Shown one piece after another: positions 1 through 9,653 of a stretch of DNA of 27,923 nt; position 1 is the stretch's first letter, and the number at the start of each line of letters is the position of its first letter. The translations under genes were made by a program, and so were the position numbers. This DNA is from a virus. Taxonomy: Duplodnaviria > Caudoviricetes. The notes below the pieces were generated by a model. That model saw only the letters and a program-made list of their open reading frames with translations, searched no databases and was not told where the DNA came from. The stretch spans positions 1 to 27,923 of the IMG/VR virus record IMGVR_UViG_3300028925_011437. The stretch is one strand, 5' to 3'.

Positions 1-3000
1 CCAACAACCGAAGGGATGACGCAGCCTGGAGACGCGAGGGTGAAGGACGAAGAATTCTGGGTCGGTACATCAAAGCCACAACTTGTCAACAAACTTTTGT
101 CGGACCCGGATGCAAAGTGGGCTGGCCAGGTTGACGAGCTGTTGGCCGCCTACAATGAGAAAAATAGAGACAAGCCGATAAGCAGAAAGGACTATGTAAG
201 CAAATACACTGCGCTTATCACATCTACTATGCCGTTACAGGAACTTAACGACCTAGGGATTCTGAATACCGTTCAGGGCGCGGTTCAGTCTCGGTATTTC
301 GGCTCAGAGCTTGGTAACATAGCACCCACTGAGAGCTTGCTTGAGCTAGGAACTGCCGAGGGTCGCAGCTTGGTGCAAAGCTTGATGAAGGCTGGCGCAC
401 TTCCTACTTCTTTACAGGATAATGTCCATGCTATGAGAAGGCGATTCATTGATACAATGAAAACCCGATTTGAAGTATTGGACAAAAACTTTGAAGAGGT
501 TGTCAAATCGTTACGGCTTCCCGATAACATACAGCGTCAATATGTAGATGATTGGGACGGTATGTATCAATCCCTAGGCGATGTGGCAATTAGCGGTGAG
601 CGGATGCAGGGCGTTCGTGCCCTGTATGATGCTCCCGGCAACAGGATCATCATCAATCTTGCCACCGTTGATCCCAACGACATGGTTAGCGCACAAGCGG
701 TTGTGAAAGATGCGGCCTTCCACGAAGGGCTACACGCGCTAATAATGCGAGATCATTTGTTAGAGGAAGAATTAATAGTACTACGCAACTTCGTCAGAAA
801 CGAACAAAACATAGTACCAAAAGAGATAGATCAGGAAGCGCATGATGCGAAAGTAACGTGGTTTGAACGCGCCATTGCACAGCACAAAGACAGCGAACTA
901 ACTGAAGGAGATATTGAAAATGAAGCTATTGTTTCCTTGTTGCAAAACATGGTACGCAATCCCGATGCGTATGTAGCGGGAAAGAAAACCCGCAAGATCG
1001 GCAACGATCTCAGGGGATTCCTTGAGAAGGTTGTGGGCGCAGCCAAGGATGCCGACATCGTTGACGTTATGAAAATACTTTCACGAATAGAGCGTGGTGA
1101 GGTTGGCGAGCGCGGGTCTGGATATGGATTCTTAGAGGGCGAGGAATACACAACCGCTTCTATAATTAGATCCAATCGCTTGGCCCGTTACGCAGACCCA
1201 AAAGAAATAACAGAATTAAAAAAAGCTCTTGTTCTGCGTGATGCCGCAACGTCCTCTCAGATGAAGCAACGCGAGCAGGCAAAAGTAGATGCCATTGCTG
1301 ATAGAATAACTAGCAGGCGTGACATCATTCAGGGATCTGCGGGACGGATCCCGGATGTGGCGACGAACATAGATAATGAACGCATGAGGGATGAAGACAT
1401 CAATGCTACGGCTAGGGGGTCCGTACCGTTGCTGGGCCTAAGGCATGGCAGAAAGGACCCCGAGGCGTATAAGCTGGCCCTAAATACGTTCATGGAGATG
1501 CGTAACAAGGATCCCGAATACGCCTACAAGATGCCCGCTGAATATCAAACGCTCTTCAACAATAAAACGGTTGCCGGTCAGGGCGCACAACGTATTGCTC
1601 AAGAGTGGAAAGACAGTGGATACATTACACCAATAGATAAGGACGCTACAAGAAAGGGTGTTGAAAAGTTATCAAAGCTTGATGACAAGACTGGAGACAC
1701 CGTCGAAGAGACGCAGCAAAACATAAGGACAACTACTGAAAACTTACGATATCAATACTTGGATCGTCGCCAGTGGGTCGTAAAGCAGACCGATAGACTT
1801 CTAGCTGCACAGAATAGGGCAGAGTTAGATGCCGAGACATCTGCCCTGGTTATGTGGCGTAACTCTGACAATGCACTTAACTGGCTACCGGGGTTGATGC
1901 TCAGGGGACCATTGTCCTATCTGGGCACATCAGTTGGATCCGGAAGATTTGAGAATGCACCCGTATATGACAATGATCTAGCAGAAAAACATGGGGGCGA
2001 TGGTCAGATCAAGGGGCTCAATGAAATATTTGCCCCGATTATAGATTCTGGAGATCAAGAAATTGCAACCATCTACGGTGTGTCCAAGAGGATACTGTGG
2101 ACGAAGAAACGCCGTGATGAACTCCAACTTTCAACTGGAGTGTACGACGCGGACGGCAAAGTAACGGACTATAGGTCGCGGTTAGATCTTCCCGCAGCAA
2201 CAAAACTCAAGTTGGAAAAATTTGAGGCCGCTTATGTGGCTATCAACGAAAACAATAACATTAGCGAAGATGAATTAAATAAAACTATCAGAGAAATAGA
2301 ATCGGATGAAAGCAACAAACATATTATAGAGTTTTGGGATCGTTATAACGCATACGACAATCACATGATCAAGATGTCGTACAACACTGGCATGATCACC
2401 AGAGAAGTACGTGACGAGTGGTTGTCTATGCCGTATGCGCCGTTCTATCGTGACGTAGCGACGGAAGAAGATTTTCCGATAGGCTCAGAGAAAGAGATAG
2501 CAAAGCGTGGAAAGAATCTGGTAGAGAAAGCCTTGCAGGGTAGCACGGCACCGATAAAAACATCTTTAGCGGATGGAGTTATACAGAACACGCAGGCATT
2601 GGTTCGTGATTCCATGCTGAACGCAGCAGTATCACGGACAGTCAGAGACGCCGTGTCTCTGGGTACGGCAGAAAAAGTACAAATCAGTGCCCTGAAAGGT
2701 GTTCTTGATAACCGTATTGTACGAGTTATGGAAGAAGGCGTCCCGGTTTTTTACAGACTTGATGATGCCCAGCTTGCTATGTCCACAATGCTGATGGGAT
2801 TCAATCCTAAAAAGCAGTTGCAACAATGGTTTGGGGAACACAAGCTCGGTGAACTTGCACAGAAAGCCCTTACGGGATCTTCTGGGTTGTTAAGAGAATC
2901 TGTTACAAGGACCCCGGCCTTTACTATAAAGAATGTTTTCCGGGATTCCTGGACTGCTATGACCCTCACTGGCGGGGGACCAAGGCTTGTTCTTCAGGCG

Positions 3001-4518
3001 TTTAAGAATGCCTTTACTCCAGACGTATTGCGTAGGGCGGATGAAGCGGGACTATCAATAGGAATCGACTTTGTTGCGGAGCGCGGTAAGTATGGCCACC
3101 AAATGCAGAAGGAACTTGATAAGGCCAATCTGGATTGGAAGAAGCCGCTTACTCCTGTCGCTGCACTTTGGAATTTTACAGGACGTATAGCCAAGCAATC
3201 TGAAGTTGCGACCAGGCTTGCTGTATATGATCGCATACTGGCTATGACGGGGGACAAAGCGCTTGCACAGTATTACGCCATAGAAATTATGAACTATGGC
3301 CGCAGGGGTGCGAGCGAAACGCTCAGTACATATATGGCCACCGTGCCGTTTATGAATGGCAGGCTACAGGGCGGTGATGTGATCTACAGGGGCCTCCGTT
3401 CCAAGAAGGGTTCCTCTGATATTCCAGGAATTGCTGGGTATGGATTAACCGCCGATCAGTACGAAGATCTTTCCATGTTTGAAAAGAGTAGGGGGAGGAT
3501 CCTGAGTCGCGGTCTTATTCTGACCGCCGCGACTGCTGCCCTTTACTTCTTGCTGCGAGATGATGAAGAATGGCAGGACTTGAGAGATGAAACTAAGTCC
3601 GATAACTGGGTGCTTCCCCTCTCTGATCACGCATGGCTAAAGATCCCTATACCATTTGAGATCGGAGTTCTTTTCAAAGTTATTCCAGAGAAGATGCTTG
3701 AAGCGATTATGGAAGAGGACGTAGGTGCAGTCGATGTGGGAGAAGAAACCATACGACAATTACGCACCTCACTAAGCATAGGGGGGCCGCAACTGCTTAC
3801 CCCAGTAGTTAATGCGATGCGTAATTACGATACGTTCAGAAAAGACGACATCGTTGATCACTGGATGGAAACCCTAGACCCCAATGAGCAACGTAATGAG
3901 TACACAAGCAATGTCGCTCGGGGCATTGCAGACCTGGCCAACAGCATACCATTGGTTAACAGCCTAGACTTTCTAACATCTCCCATGAAAGTCGAGTACA
4001 TGATGCGTCAGTATGGCGGCACGATGGGGGGTTATGTGACAGCGGTCGCAGACAGGATAGCCCGTACTGGGCCGCTCATGGATGAAAGCGTTGTCGGCAC
4101 CAACAGAGATTTTGACTTTAGGTCCCTAGTCGGTGGTGAAGGGCTCGCCAATGTTCCTATCCTTGGCGACCTATTAACTGATCCCAGGACACGCGGGGGC
4201 AGTCAACAAGATTTCTTCAATTCACTAGAAGAACTTGATCAGGTTATTGCTACACTGAGTAGCATTACCGACAGGGATCACAAAAAAGGTTTTGCTTACG
4301 CAGAGAAGCACGAAAATATATTGAAACATAAAGCTGAGTTGAGAAGCATCCAAAAGCAGTTGAAGGCATGGCGCGAACGAAGGGAGCATCTACGAAAAAT
4401 ACCTCGCGGATCAATGTCCGATGATCAGAAACGAGAGTATTACCAAAGGCTTCTTGCAAGTCGTCAACATATTTTAAGGAATGTTAAGACCCTGATGGTG
4501 TCCATAAAACAAGGATGA
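1..4518 (+). CDS. Giant virion/ejection (polyvalent) protein with zincin-like metallopeptidase motif and C-terminal LPD38-like domain; probably 5'-truncated
   Basis: The frame is open from base 1 (first Met at 16), 1500+ aa. HExxH motif (AFHEGLHALI) with a downstream E. C-terminal motifs 'MNYGRRG..VPFMNGRLQG', 'W.DL..ETKSDNW', 'KIPIPFEIGVLFK.IPE' are typical of LPD38. Lies just upstream of lysis genes. Confidence 0.8.
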   Translation, partial: PTTEGMTQPGDARVKDEEFWVGTSKPQLVNKLLSDPDAKWAGQVDELLAAYNEKNRDKPISRKDYVSKYTALITSTMPLQELNDLGILNTVQGAVQSRYFGSELGNIAPTESLLELGTAEGRSLVQSLMKAGALPTSLQDNVHAMRRRFIDTMKTRFEVLDKNFEEVVKSLRLPDNIQRQYVDDWDGMYQSLGDVAISGERMQGVRALYDAPGNRIIINLATVDPNDMVSAQAVVKDAAFHEGLHALIMRDHLLEEELIVLRNFVRNEQNIVPKEIDQEAHDAKVTWFERAIAQHKDSELTEGDIENEAIVSLLQNMVRNPDAYVAGKKTRKIGNDLRGFLEKVVGAAKDADIVDVMKILSRIERGEVGERGSGYGFLEGEEYTTASIIRSNRLARYADPKEITELKKALVLRDAATSSQMKQREQAKVDAIADRITSRRDIIQGSAGRIPDVATNIDNERMRDEDINATARGSVPLLGLRHGRKDPEAYKLALNTFMEMRNKDPEYAYKMPAEYQTLFNNKTVAGQGAQRIAQEWKDSGYITPIDKDATRKGVEKLSKLDDKTGDTVEETQQNIRTTTENLRYQYLDRRQWVVKQTDRLLAAQNRAELDAETSALVMWRNSDNALNWLPGLMLRGPLSYLGTSVGSGRFENAPVYDNDLAEKHGGDGQIKGLNEIFAPIIDSGDQEIATIYGVSKRILWTKKRRDELQLSTGVYDADGKVTDYRSRLDLPAATKLKLEKFEAAYVAINENNNISEDELNKTIREIESDESNKHIIEFWDRYNAYDNHMIKMSYNTGMITREVRDEWLSMPYAPFYRDVATEEDFPIGSEKEIAKRGKNLVEKALQGSTAPIKTSLADGVIQNTQALVRDSMLNAAVSRTVRDAVSLGTAEKVQISALKGVLDNRIVRVMEEGVPVFYRLDDAQLAMSTMLMGFNPKKQLQQWFGEHKLGELAQKALTGSSGLLRESVTRTPAFTIKNVFRDSWTAMTLTGGGPRLVLQAFKNAFTPDVLRRADEAGLSIGIDFVAERGKYGHQMQKELDKANLDWKKPLTPVAALWNFTGRIAKQSEVATRLAVYDRILAMTGDKALAQYYAIEIMNYGRRGASETLSTYMATVPFMNGRLQGGDVIYRGLRSKKGSSDIPGIAGYGLTADQYEDLSMFEKSRGRILSRGLILTAATAALYFLLRDDEEWQDLRDETKSDNWVLPLSDHAWLKIPIPFEIGVLFKVIPEKMLEAIMEEDVGAVDVGEETIRQLRTSLSIGGPQLLTPVVNAMRNYDTFRKDDIVDHWMETLDPNEQRNEYTSNVARGIADLANSIPLVNSLDFLTSPMKVEYMMRQYGGTMGGYVTAVADRIARTGPLMDESVVGTNRDFDFRSLVGGEGLANVPILGDLLTDPRTRGGSQQDFFNSLEELDQVIATLSSITDRDHKKGFAYAEKHENILKHKAELRSIQKQLKAWRERREHLRKIPRGSMSDDQKREYYQRLLASRQHILRNVKTLMVSIKQG

Positions 4519-4865
4519 AACATATGAAATTGAAGATGATGTATATGGATATTCTTAGTGAAGTACTCAAGGACGAGCGCGGTTCCTGGAGTGCTGCCAG
4601 AACATTCCTTTTCGGATCGTTGGTTTTCACGGGCTCTCTTATCGTTCTGGATTCGATCATGCTGGCAGTGCCGGAAGTTGTGTACACCCTCCTAGGTAGC
4701 TTCAATATGGGGCTGGTTGCGTGGGCTGGCGGTCCACGGGTGGCTCAGTATCTGGCCCCTCAAATAGGAGCAATGGCATCTGGCATTGCCCAAGCCGTTA
4801 AGGGTCCCAAGCAGCCCGAGATGTTGGACAACTCTCCAGACTTCAAAGAGAATGACGAGAAATAA
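4515..4865 (+). CDS. Putative holin (two hydrophobic segments)
   Basis: 'DERGSWSAART' followed by two TM-like stretches and a charged C-terminus, immediately before the endolysin. Start is ambiguous (several Met between 4515 and 4545). Confidence 0.6.
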   Translation: MKHMKLKMMYMDILSEVLKDERGSWSAARTFLFGSLVFTGSLIVLDSIMLAVPEVVYTLLGSFNMGLVAWAGGPRVAQYLAPQIGAMASGIAQAVKGPKQPEMLDNSPDFKENDEK

Positions 4866-5310
4866 TTGGGCGACGGTTTGCGGTCAGTGCCTTAGTGACC
4901 GTGGCATCAAAAATTTCTCTGCTTTAGAAATTTGTGATGTAGGCCGGGAGAGCGGGAACGCTACACTGAGTGCCCCCTCTCTGGAGCTACTGGAGAATGC
5001 GTACAAGTTAGTCGGCGTCCTTGAATGGCTTCGTGACAAAGACACCACGGCAACTGTACTCGTCAACAGTTGGTATCGCGATAAGGCATACAACGCTGCC
5101 ATTGGCGGAGTGGCAAGCTCCATGCACTTGACCTTGGGTGCTGCGGATGTCGTGAAGATAGGGCGCACACCATCCGAAGTAGCAGATCTATTGGAGAGCC
5201 ACCCTCATTCCAAGCTGTTCGGTTTGGGTCGCTACAAAACCTTTACACATATAGATGTGAGGGGCATGATCGGTCGCTCGTCACCTGCACGATGGGGTAA
5301 CAATGAATGA
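4852..5310 (+). CDS. Endolysin, peptidase M15A (Peptidase_M15_3) family
   Basis: Motifs NSWYR..YNAAIGG..SMH..GAAD and FTHIDVRG (Zn ligands H, D, H). Start moved to ATG 4852, overlapping the holin 3' end. Confidence 0.85.
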   Translation: MTRNNWATVCGQCLSDRGIKNFSALEICDVGRESGNATLSAPSLELLENAYKLVGVLEWLRDKDTTATVLVNSWYRDKAYNAAIGGVASSMHLTLGAADVVKIGRTPSEVADLLESHPHSKLFGLGRYKTFTHIDVRGMIGRSSPARWGNNE

Positions 5311-6481
5311 CGGCATAAGATCACTGCCCCGGTATCGACACGGTGGGCCACACCCTGAGATCCCACGGGGCGATTACCCGAGCATCGGGCCAATGCCATC
5401 GTGGGCGGAACGTGTTGCTGCTCAAATTAAATCTGTTCCACGCAGAATAAATAGAGCCTTGCAACCGGAGACACCCGCAGAAACTGCTGCGTTAGTAGGC
5501 GCATCGTTTGCCCCCGGTCTTAGTGAGGCAATCGACGGAGCAGATTTTATTGCTGGTATGCATGATCGCGACCTAGCCCGTATGGGGTTTGCATCGGCAG
5601 GGTTCTTGCTGCCATTTGTCGCTGGCTCGACCCTACGAAGAGTTGCAGGCAAGGCACGAGCCACTGTCGGTAATCCGCGCCTTCCGATGGACGACGCTTC
5701 CGTTAAGGAACGCCTAAGAAAGCAAGGATATACGGAGTATATGCACGGCAACATGAATGCCTTGAAGGAGGATCAAGGTAGGGCATCGTCATTCATATTA
5801 GATCCCAATAAACCTCTCATGCAATCCGACAACCCGGCCCTTGCTAGGAGCTACGGAGAGGAGATGCCGATATATTCGCGGGGACCAAACCAGCTTGAAT
5901 TTGATGCAAGGGGCGCAGCGTGGAGTGATATATCATTAGATGATGTAAGGGAAGGAATTGATCCAAACCTCCTTAAAGAGTTTGAGCAGCTCCGTCCACC
6001 CACCAACCTGAGATCGCAGTACGAGAATACGATCAGCACCGACCAGCTTAATGCGACCCTAAGGGACATGGGTTATAGTGGCTTTGATGCACATGATTTG
6101 AGGGACAGCCGTTTCTCGGGGATAAGACAATCCGATAACAGAGAGTCTGTCCGCTACTTGCAGGAAGGGGAGATCATCCAGGACCCCAATGACATCAACC
6201 TCCCATTTGCTGAGCTAGATCAATTTGAGATAGATCAGATGCGTAAGAATTATCCCGGTTACGTAGACGATGAGTACATGGCCGCTCCCCAAGAATGGAG
6301 ACGCGCCGACGAGCCATCTTTTGTGAGGAGTACCCTAGATCCCGGCCTTATTAGATACCGAGGTGCCAAATTTGATCCGATGAGACTGGGAGAGAACAAC
6401 CCATTGGCGGGCATAGCAGGGTTGCTGGGCGCTGGGGCTATTCGCAGGAATTATATTGAGAGAGAGGGCCGCGATGAATAA
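5303..6481 (+). CDS. Putative virion-associated protein: shared leader, pre-toxin(TG)-like hairpin, ADP-ribosyltransferase (ART-PolyVal)-like region
   Basis: 'LPMDDAS..RLRKQGY..YMHG', 'SDNPALARSYG', 'GYSGF....D', 'DPGLIRYRGAKFDP' resemble phage ART-PolyVal proteins. 'ASFAPGLSEAIDGADF...LLPFVAG' resembles pre-toxin linkers. Confidence 0.5.
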   Translation: MNDGIRSLPRYRHGGPHPEIPRGDYPSIGPMPSWAERVAAQIKSVPRRINRALQPETPAETAALVGASFAPGLSEAIDGADFIAGMHDRDLARMGFASAGFLLPFVAGSTLRRVAGKARATVGNPRLPMDDASVKERLRKQGYTEYMHGNMNALKEDQGRASSFILDPNKPLMQSDNPALARSYGEEMPIYSRGPNQLEFDARGAAWSDISLDDVREGIDPNLLKEFEQLRPPTNLRSQYENTISTDQLNATLRDMGYSGFDAHDLRDSRFSGIRQSDNRESVRYLQEGEIIQDPNDINLPFAELDQFEIDQMRKNYPGYVDDEYMAAPQEWRRADEPSFVRSTLDPGLIRYRGAKFDPMRLGENNPLAGIAGLLGAGAIRRNYIEREGRDE

Positions 6482-7409
6482 CGGAATAAGATCACTGCCT
6501 AGGTATCTGGAGGGTGGGCCTACGGATCCCGATGATGACCTCGGATGGTTTGAACGTATGCGTGAGGGGGCGCGTCAACGGCAGCAGGAATCAAGACGAC
6601 ATGGTGGGCTGAATGCGCCCTTGGCTCTTCGTCAGCTCACGGCTGATGTTTTAGGCAAGCAGGTTCGTGAACGACTTGGGATGGAACGGTTGGGCAACGC
6701 CATAGGCTCAAGGGATATTACGGCGGGAGACTTGAGCAGATCAGAATACGAAGCACTAAAAGATGCTGCGGTTAGGGCCATGAGCGGGGATCTTGGTGAT
6801 GCAGATATACAATACAAAGACTATGGCACCACCTCAGAAGATGATCCTTATGCCGATGTAGGTGGGGGCGAAGGCAGTGGAATTTTAACCAAGCTTTTTG
6901 ATCCAGATTTTTCCATGAAGTCAACCTTCGGGCAGGGATCGGTACGAAGGGATCCGGATACGGGCGACTATTATTTTACTGACCAATATAATTTTAACGA
7001 AAGGCAGCCTGAATCCAGTAGTGTCGGGGAGTTCGTAGATATTTTGAAGAGGCGTGTGCCAGAGCAAGGGGCATACGGCGTTCCCCGTTCTGTCGGAGAA
7101 GCATACGGCAGCCCAGAGGGAGAGGGCAGCATGTCCCGCATTAATCTTGGCGATCTAGAAGGAGCCCTACGTCGATACCACGGTACCGAAGAGCCTTCTA
7201 GGTTAGCCGAGATTGGCGACTGGATTGGTAATTTATTCGACAGAGGGCAGTCTGACGAAGTTCAATCGGCCGAAGCTGCACAGCCGTATGATCCTATTGC
7301 CGCATTAACAGCGAAACTAGGAGACGTTTATGAGCCTGACATGTATAGAGCGCCTCCCGCAATACCGCCCCCAGTACTGGGCTCACAAAGAAAGGGTATG
7401 CCGCAGTAA
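6474..7409 (+). CDS. Hypothetical acidic phage protein with the same N-terminal leader as the upstream gene
   Basis: ATG 6474 overlaps the upstream stop (ATGAATAA). Begins MNNGIRSLPRYLEGGP. Confidence 0.7.
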   Translation: MNNGIRSLPRYLEGGPTDPDDDLGWFERMREGARQRQQESRRHGGLNAPLALRQLTADVLGKQVRERLGMERLGNAIGSRDITAGDLSRSEYEALKDAAVRAMSGDLGDADIQYKDYGTTSEDDPYADVGGGEGSGILTKLFDPDFSMKSTFGQGSVRRDPDTGDYYFTDQYNFNERQPESSSVGEFVDILKRRVPEQGAYGVPRSVGEAYGSPEGEGSMSRINLGDLEGALRRYHGTEEPSRLAEIGDWIGNLFDRGQSDEVQSAEAAQPYDPIAALTAKLGDVYEPDMYRAPPAIPPPVLGSQRKGMPQ

Positions 7410-7457
7410 AAACCTGTGCCTAAGAATTATTTTACAATGTGTTAAGGCAGTGGGTCG

Positions 7458-7466
7458 TGATATACT
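7458..7466 (+). promoter_or_regulatory. Possible extended -10 promoter (TGaTATACT)
   Basis: TG-n-TATACT in the AT-rich gap upstream of the 7505 gene. No clear -35. Confidence 0.35.
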
Positions 7467-7504
7467 TTTAAAGAATTGTTTTTAATGGTCTGGGCGAAAC
7501 GTTA

Positions 7505-7873
7505 GTGGCGAGGACAAAAGCTGAGAAGTTTGCTTACGAGTACGGCTCCAAGTCTAGGGTCGCATTCGTCAGCGAGCTTCCTTGTGCCGTGTGTGGGGCA
7601 GGGCCATGCCACAACCATCACTGCCGGACGGATGGTATGTCACGCAAGGGGCCTAGCACTGCGATAGTCCCACTGTGCGGGAGGTGTCACACTCGTATCC
7701 ACACTATCGGGTCATTGTCCATGCTTCAGCAAATGGATGGCCACCTGCGCCTGCCCATGTCTCCGTGGTCTTGCTCAGATGAGCGGGGACGTATGCAGTA
7801 CGACAGCTTTGACGATCTTGCGGCGGGAGTTGAGAAACTTTGGCAGTTACACAACGGAGGACTAGAGGACTAA
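7505..7873 (+). CDS. Ref/DUF968-like Zn-binding HNH-type nuclease
   Basis: LPCAVCG....HH...GMSRK....VPLCGRCH..IH pattern. Confidence 0.7.
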   Translation: MARTKAEKFAYEYGSKSRVAFVSELPCAVCGAGPCHNHHCRTDGMSRKGPSTAIVPLCGRCHTRIHTIGSLSMLQQMDGHLRLPMSPWSCSDERGRMQYDSFDDLAAGVEKLWQLHNGGLED

Positions 7874-8502
7874 TGAGTATAAAACCAAAAGAAATTGCCG
7901 TACTGGGTGGTGTTATTCTTATACTTATCCTTGGCCTAAGGGGCTTTAGCAACGCGCAGGTCGAGGCCCTGGTAGCAGAAGGACGAGTGCGGGTGCTAGA
8001 GGAAGAGCGCGTAGGACTTGAGCGCCAGATGGAAGAAGACGCCGAAGGCTATGAGATCCTACGCGATAGCTTGGATCAAGCCCATGATTCCATCGCCAAG
8101 GTACGAGAGGAGGCTGTTGCGAGGGCCTCCCGTGCTTCCATGAGCTTCGACGCAAACTTGGAGATGCTCAGGAATAGCATCAATGTCGTTCAACCCGACA
8201 GTGGCTTAGGGGAAATCGTTGACAGGATACAGGCGGATCACGAAATCCAGATCCAAGCGTATGAGGTTCAGATCGAAACGCTTGAGGCAGATAATCTTTT
8301 GTTGTGGCGAAGGGTGGAGGTGTCGGATTCCCTGTGGATCCAAGGGCAAAACCTAAACGCATCTCTTAGAAATGAGATAGCCGCCCTCAACCAAGAGTCT
8401 GACGCTTGGCAGAGAGCGGCTAATCCCAACATCTTCAAAAGACTAGGTGGGAGTATTCCCTATATCCTAGTCGGTGTCGGAGCCATGGTTATTCTGAATT
8501 AA
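7873..8502 (+). CDS. Spanin-like membrane coiled-coil protein
   Basis: N-terminal TM (IAVLGGVILILILGL), long helical acidic region, C-terminal hydrophobic tail. RBS GAGG before ATG 7873. Last gene of the lysis operon. Confidence 0.5.
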   Translation: MSIKPKEIAVLGGVILILILGLRGFSNAQVEALVAEGRVRVLEEERVGLERQMEEDAEGYEILRDSLDQAHDSIAKVREEAVARASRASMSFDANLEMLRNSINVVQPDSGLGEIVDRIQADHEIQIQAYEVQIETLEADNLLLWRRVEVSDSLWIQGQNLNASLRNEIAALNQESDAWQRAANPNIFKRLGGSIPYILVGVGAMVILN

Positions 8503-8506
8503 TTTT

Positions 8507-8683
8507 TTAATCATCTGGCTCGTCGGGGTCAAAGCCATCGGGCTCATTGCGATCCGGCTCTTCGTCGTAATGACTGCTATACTCCTCGCTCCCGCAGGTC
8601 GGGCATGGCCACTGCGCTGGCCCCGACTTGTTGTTCATTTCCGCCCTGCCGCACCCTAAGCAGACATGGTCCATGCAGGCCAT
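8507..8683 (-). CDS. Small Zn-ribbon protein with acidic tail (58 aa, absent from the ORF track)
   Basis: Manual translation MACMDHVCLGCGRAEMNNKSGPAQWPCPTCGSEEYSSHYDEEPDRNEPDGFDPDEPDD. Two CxxC motifs, GGAGG RBS, start overlaps the upstream TGA. Confidence 0.75.
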   Translation of the reverse strand: MACMDHVCLGCGRAEMNNKSGPAQWPCPTCGSEEYSSHYDEEPDRNEPDGFDPDEPDD

Positions 8684-9615
8684 CAGTCCCCTCCTGGCCC
8701 AAGCTGCTTACTTCGGTAATTATGGCAACCGGACAAAAGGGTTTCCCTCAAGGTTTCGATTGACCTTGCTACCGCATCTTCCATATTGTGAGGGGCAGTC
8801 TCAACTGGAAGACCAGCCGCTTTCTGTCCATGGATTACTACCGCATGGTGGAAAAGCCTACTATGAGCCTTGATAAGCTCCATAAAATTATCAACGAATT
8901 CATTTTGTTGCTGGAGATATTGCGGCATCAGTTCAGGTAACTCCGCGCCCTGCGTCCTGCCATTGAAAAACGGCTCAGCTTCAACTGGCGGCACTTCGGG
9001 GCTCCGCCGAGGCTGTTTGGCTACCTCAACAATAGCAGCATCGCCAGACAGAAGATCTGCAATACGATTTTTTATCTTATCAAGCTTCAGCAATTTTCTT
9101 CCTTCCCTTCGCACCCTGCCTTCTGTCCAGCCGGGAGTATAGTAGCCAGAGTCCTTGTATGATTCCGCGATGGTGCTACCACTCGCCCTAGCTTGACAGA
9201 ATTTTTCTTGCTTATCCGTGAGCCTAATAGTCCAGCCACGGCGCGTCCGCCTGTCATCCGGCTTCAGGGAATCTGCGGGTATATCCCCCAACTGACTCTT
9301 AAATTCCGCGATCTTATTTCTTATCTTTTTCTGGCTCAGTAGTTTGCGAGCATCGTTATCAGAAAACGCGGGGTCTGAGACATCATAAGAGCTAGTGTAG
9401 GCGTCAGCCTTGTTGGATCCCAATGCCATAAGCTCACAAAATGACATCTGTTTATCGGTAAGACGATCATGGAATCTGTCCATCCGACTCCCCACATCTC
9501 TCGTGTCCGGAGTCGTTTCCTCTACGGTTGGCGGCCCGGAAGCCTCGACTGCCATCCCCTGAAGTGCCCTTATCAGATCGCTAACGTTGATCGTGTCATT
9601 GCTGTTGGAACCCAT
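8683..9615 (-). CDS. DNA-binding protein with two tandem terminase-small-subunit-type HTH modules
   Basis: Repeats 'LTDKQMSFCELMALGSNKADAY..SY...ARKLL...KIRNKIAE' and 'LTDKQEKFCQARASGSTIAESY..SGY...GRKLLK..KIKNRIAD'. GAGGAG RBS before ATG 9615. Confidence 0.65.
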   Translation of the reverse strand: MGSNSNDTINVSDLIRALQGMAVEASGPPTVEETTPDTRDVGSRMDRFHDRLTDKQMSFCELMALGSNKADAYTSSYDVSDPAFSDNDARKLLSQKKIRNKIAEFKSQLGDIPADSLKPDDRRTRRGWTIRLTDKQEKFCQARASGSTIAESYKDSGYYTPGWTEGRVRREGRKLLKLDKIKNRIADLLSGDAAIVEVAKQPRRSPEVPPVEAEPFFNGRTQGAELPELMPQYLQQQNEFVDNFMELIKAHSRLFHHAVVIHGQKAAGLPVETAPHNMEDAVARSIETLRETLLSGCHNYRSKQLGPGGD

Positions 9616-9653
9616 AACTTTCTCCTCAGATTGTGATGTATGTTGGATTGCAT

